This document shows positions 22,888-24,334 of a stretch of DNA of 24,334 nt, piece after piece (within the stretch, counting starts at the first letter, position 1; every line of letters begins with the position of its first letter). The stretch comes from a virus (taxonomy: Duplodnaviria; Caudoviricetes). The translations under genes and the position numbers were made by a program. The stretch covers positions 1 to 24,334 of IMG/VR virus record IMGVR_UViG_3300020045_005861. One strand, written 5' to 3'. The notes under the pieces were generated by a model, which had not been told where the DNA came from, did not search any database, and saw only the letters and a list, made by a program, of their open reading frames with translations.

Positions 22888-23342
22888 GGCTGTCCCTCTT
22901 TTTGGCCGAACCGCGCAATCAAGATAGCGTCTGCCCTGCCAATATCTTTCTTGCGGCCAAGCTGTGCTTCCGGGTAAAGCTGTTGAGCGAGCGTTCTGGC
23001 CATGTCCTTGTCTTTCCCGATCAGGCCGGCAGCCTTCTTCCATGCCTGCGGGGTGGCCATGGTGGCCGGAATGCCGGCCCCGGCCAGGACGCCCAGGATG
23101 ACACCAAACCCCATACCAAAATTAAACATGGACGAAACGCCCTGCCCCGGCATAGCCCCCACCTTTTCAACAACAGCGGCTTCGACCGGGTAGCAGTCAA
23201 TAATCTTTTTGAGTTGCGCCCCGTTAATCTGCTGTTTTTTTCCGTTTGCCATCAGCGGCATATCAACCACTTCGACAAGGTGGCCGGCTGGCGTCATGAA
23301 CGCGATTGCGCCCGTATTGCCTGGATCAATACCTATTATCAT
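22884..23342 (-). CDS. RuvC-like Holliday junction resolvase
   Basis: The start is revised to ATG 23342 (152 aa). Contains IIGIDPG, VVEKV, QGVSSMFNFG, TPQAWKK and GRADAILIA. Confidence 0.88.
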   Translation of the reverse strand: MIIGIDPGNTGAIAFMTPAGHLVEVVDMPLMANGKKQQINGAQLKKIIDCYPVEAAVVEKVGAMPGQGVSSMFNFGMGFGVILGVLAGAGIPATMATPQAWKKAAGLIGKDKDMARTLAQQLYPEAQLGRKKDIGRADAILIARFGQKEGQP

Positions 23343-23448
23343 TTCACCACCATCAGTCCGTTTTGAATTAATTGCCGCAGTCGCAAAACGGGAATATCTG
23401 CAATGTGCAGGTCTGACCCTTGGCGGATTGACGGATTTTGTTAGCCAT
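23339..23448 (-). pseudogene. Internally deleted YbcO/DUF1364-like gene
   Basis: MANKIRQSAKGQTCTLQIFPFC.. stops after 26 codons. A second frame gives RQLIQNGLMVVK*, whose stop is coupled to the resolvase ATG. Confidence 0.6.
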
Positions 23449-23478
23449 CGGCCCGGCACCTTTTTTTCCGCTCGGCCA

Positions 23479-23760
23479 TCAATCTACCGACCCGTTGCGC
23501 ATTTCGAGAATCTGGTCCAGCGTGAAAGTGACGCGCTTCCCGTTTGCTGGGTGAGTCAGTCCGACCCTTCCGTCTCGCCTGCCGTACATCAGAATCGGGC
23601 CTTTACCACCGCGCACCAGTCCGGATGATGTCCGCTTGTTGACCAGAATGTGCCTGGTTGTTTTCTCGATCAGCCGCACCTTCCCGCATTCCGTCGCCTC
23701 GTAGTTGTGGAATTTTTCGAGAGTTCGCCATACTTTTTTGTTATCGCTCAGTTCTGCCAT
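23479..23760 (-). CDS. NUMOD4-like protein without an HNH domain
   Basis: VWRTLEKFHNYEATECGKVR resembles the NUMOD4 start; 93 aa from ATG 23760. Confidence 0.55.
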   Translation of the reverse strand: MAELSDNKKVWRTLEKFHNYEATECGKVRLIEKTTRHILVNKRTSSGLVRGGKGPILMYGRRDGRVGLTHPANGKRVTFTLDQILEMRNGSVD

Positions 23761-23926
23761 GTTCTGCCCCCCCATCCTCGCCGAGTTTCTGCCAACGCCG
23801 GACTTCGGTAGCGAGGGCCAGCTTAATTACAGCTTCCGGCTTCAGTCCTGCCAAACGTGCGATCAGCACAACTTCGTCGTGGATTTCCTTGGGTAGTCGC
23901 AGACTCGTCTCGATAGTTTTCGTCAT
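23741..23926 (-). CDS. Small ribbon-helix-helix-like DNA-binding protein
   Basis: TSLRLPKEIHDEVVLIARLAGLKPEAVIKLAL; an AAGGAG RBS lies upstream. Confidence 0.6.
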   Translation of the reverse strand: MTKTIETSLRLPKEIHDEVVLIARLAGLKPEAVIKLALATEVRRWQKLGEDGGAEHGRTER

Positions 23927-23962
23927 CTCTCAAGCTCCTTGTCGCTCATCAAAGTTGGCGGG

Positions 23963-24334
23963 ATGCTCTACGGCCTGGATGATTACAGCCGGGAATACAT
24001 CAAGAAGCAGCCGAGACACGCGCACATCAAGGTCAAGGTGTCGCGGCCAAAGGAAACCCGTAGAGAGCTGCTGAATCGGTATTCGCACGCGATCTATAGG
24101 GAGGCGGCGAACTTGAAGCAGGAAGGTTTTGAGGAAGACGAGAAAGCCTACTGCAAGTACACCCACGGGATTCCGGTTTTAATCAACGATCCGAGTGATG
24201 GCGACGAGTGCCGGGATTATTACGAGCGATTGTTGTCTGGGGTGGATTATGAAGACCGAATTGCCAGGATGAAGGAGTCGCACAGGTTTTATATTCCGGT
24301 GACATCCCTCATGGATGACCGGCAGATGAGTAAA
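23963..24334 (+). CDS. NinB-like phage protein, partial, in inverted orientation
   Basis: Not in the ORF track because it has no stop in the window. The frame is open from 23897 to the edge: ..IKVKVSRPKETRRELLNRYSHAIYREAA...EKAYCKYTHGIPVL...YYERLLSGVDYEDRIARM..IPVTSLMDDRQMSK. The start is uncertain. Confidence 0.6.
   Translation, partial: MLYGLDDYSREYIKKQPRHAHIKVKVSRPKETRRELLNRYSHAIYREAANLKQEGFEEDEKAYCKYTHGIPVLINDPSDGDECRDYYERLLSGVDYEDRIARMKESHRFYIPVTSLMDDRQMSK

Noticed and set aside
23930-24166. 78-aa - strand ORF continuing the nin operon
   Set aside because: It has no recognisable features and is the antisense of the more convincing + strand NinB-like frame.

Overview
The window is the late and nin region of a temperate, lambdoid-style siphophage or prophage from a Gram-negative host (it encodes spanins and sigma70-type promoters). 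Almost everything is on the - strand. Reading from right to left: nin-like genes (RHH protein, NUMOD4-like protein, a broken YbcO/DUF1364 gene, RuvC-like resolvase), a Q-like antiterminator, a pR'-like late promoter and terminator, and a lysis cassette. Next come a three-gene fibre/lectin cassette, TerS, TerL, portal, Mu-F/SPP1 gp7-like minor head protein, scaffold, P22-like coat and a head fibre. The head-tail genes follow, then tail tube, frameshifted G/GT chaperones, tape measure and a GTA-like tail tip (DUF2460, DUF2163/BR0599, start of a g15-like protein). Standout observations: (1) a five-gene + strand cassette between Q and the late promoter, with its own promoter, a palindromic operator, a hairpin-rich leader, a candidate Csx15/16/20-like ring nuclease and a terminal HTH gene, which resembles an acr-aca anti-defence operon; (2) a shared tandem C-NGG-G hairpin motif over the ribosome binding sites of both terS and the scaffold gene; (3) internal domain duplications in the hub and head fibre; (4) a NinB-like gene in inverted orientation at the right edge. 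All family calls come from motif recognition and synteny by eye; no searches were run.
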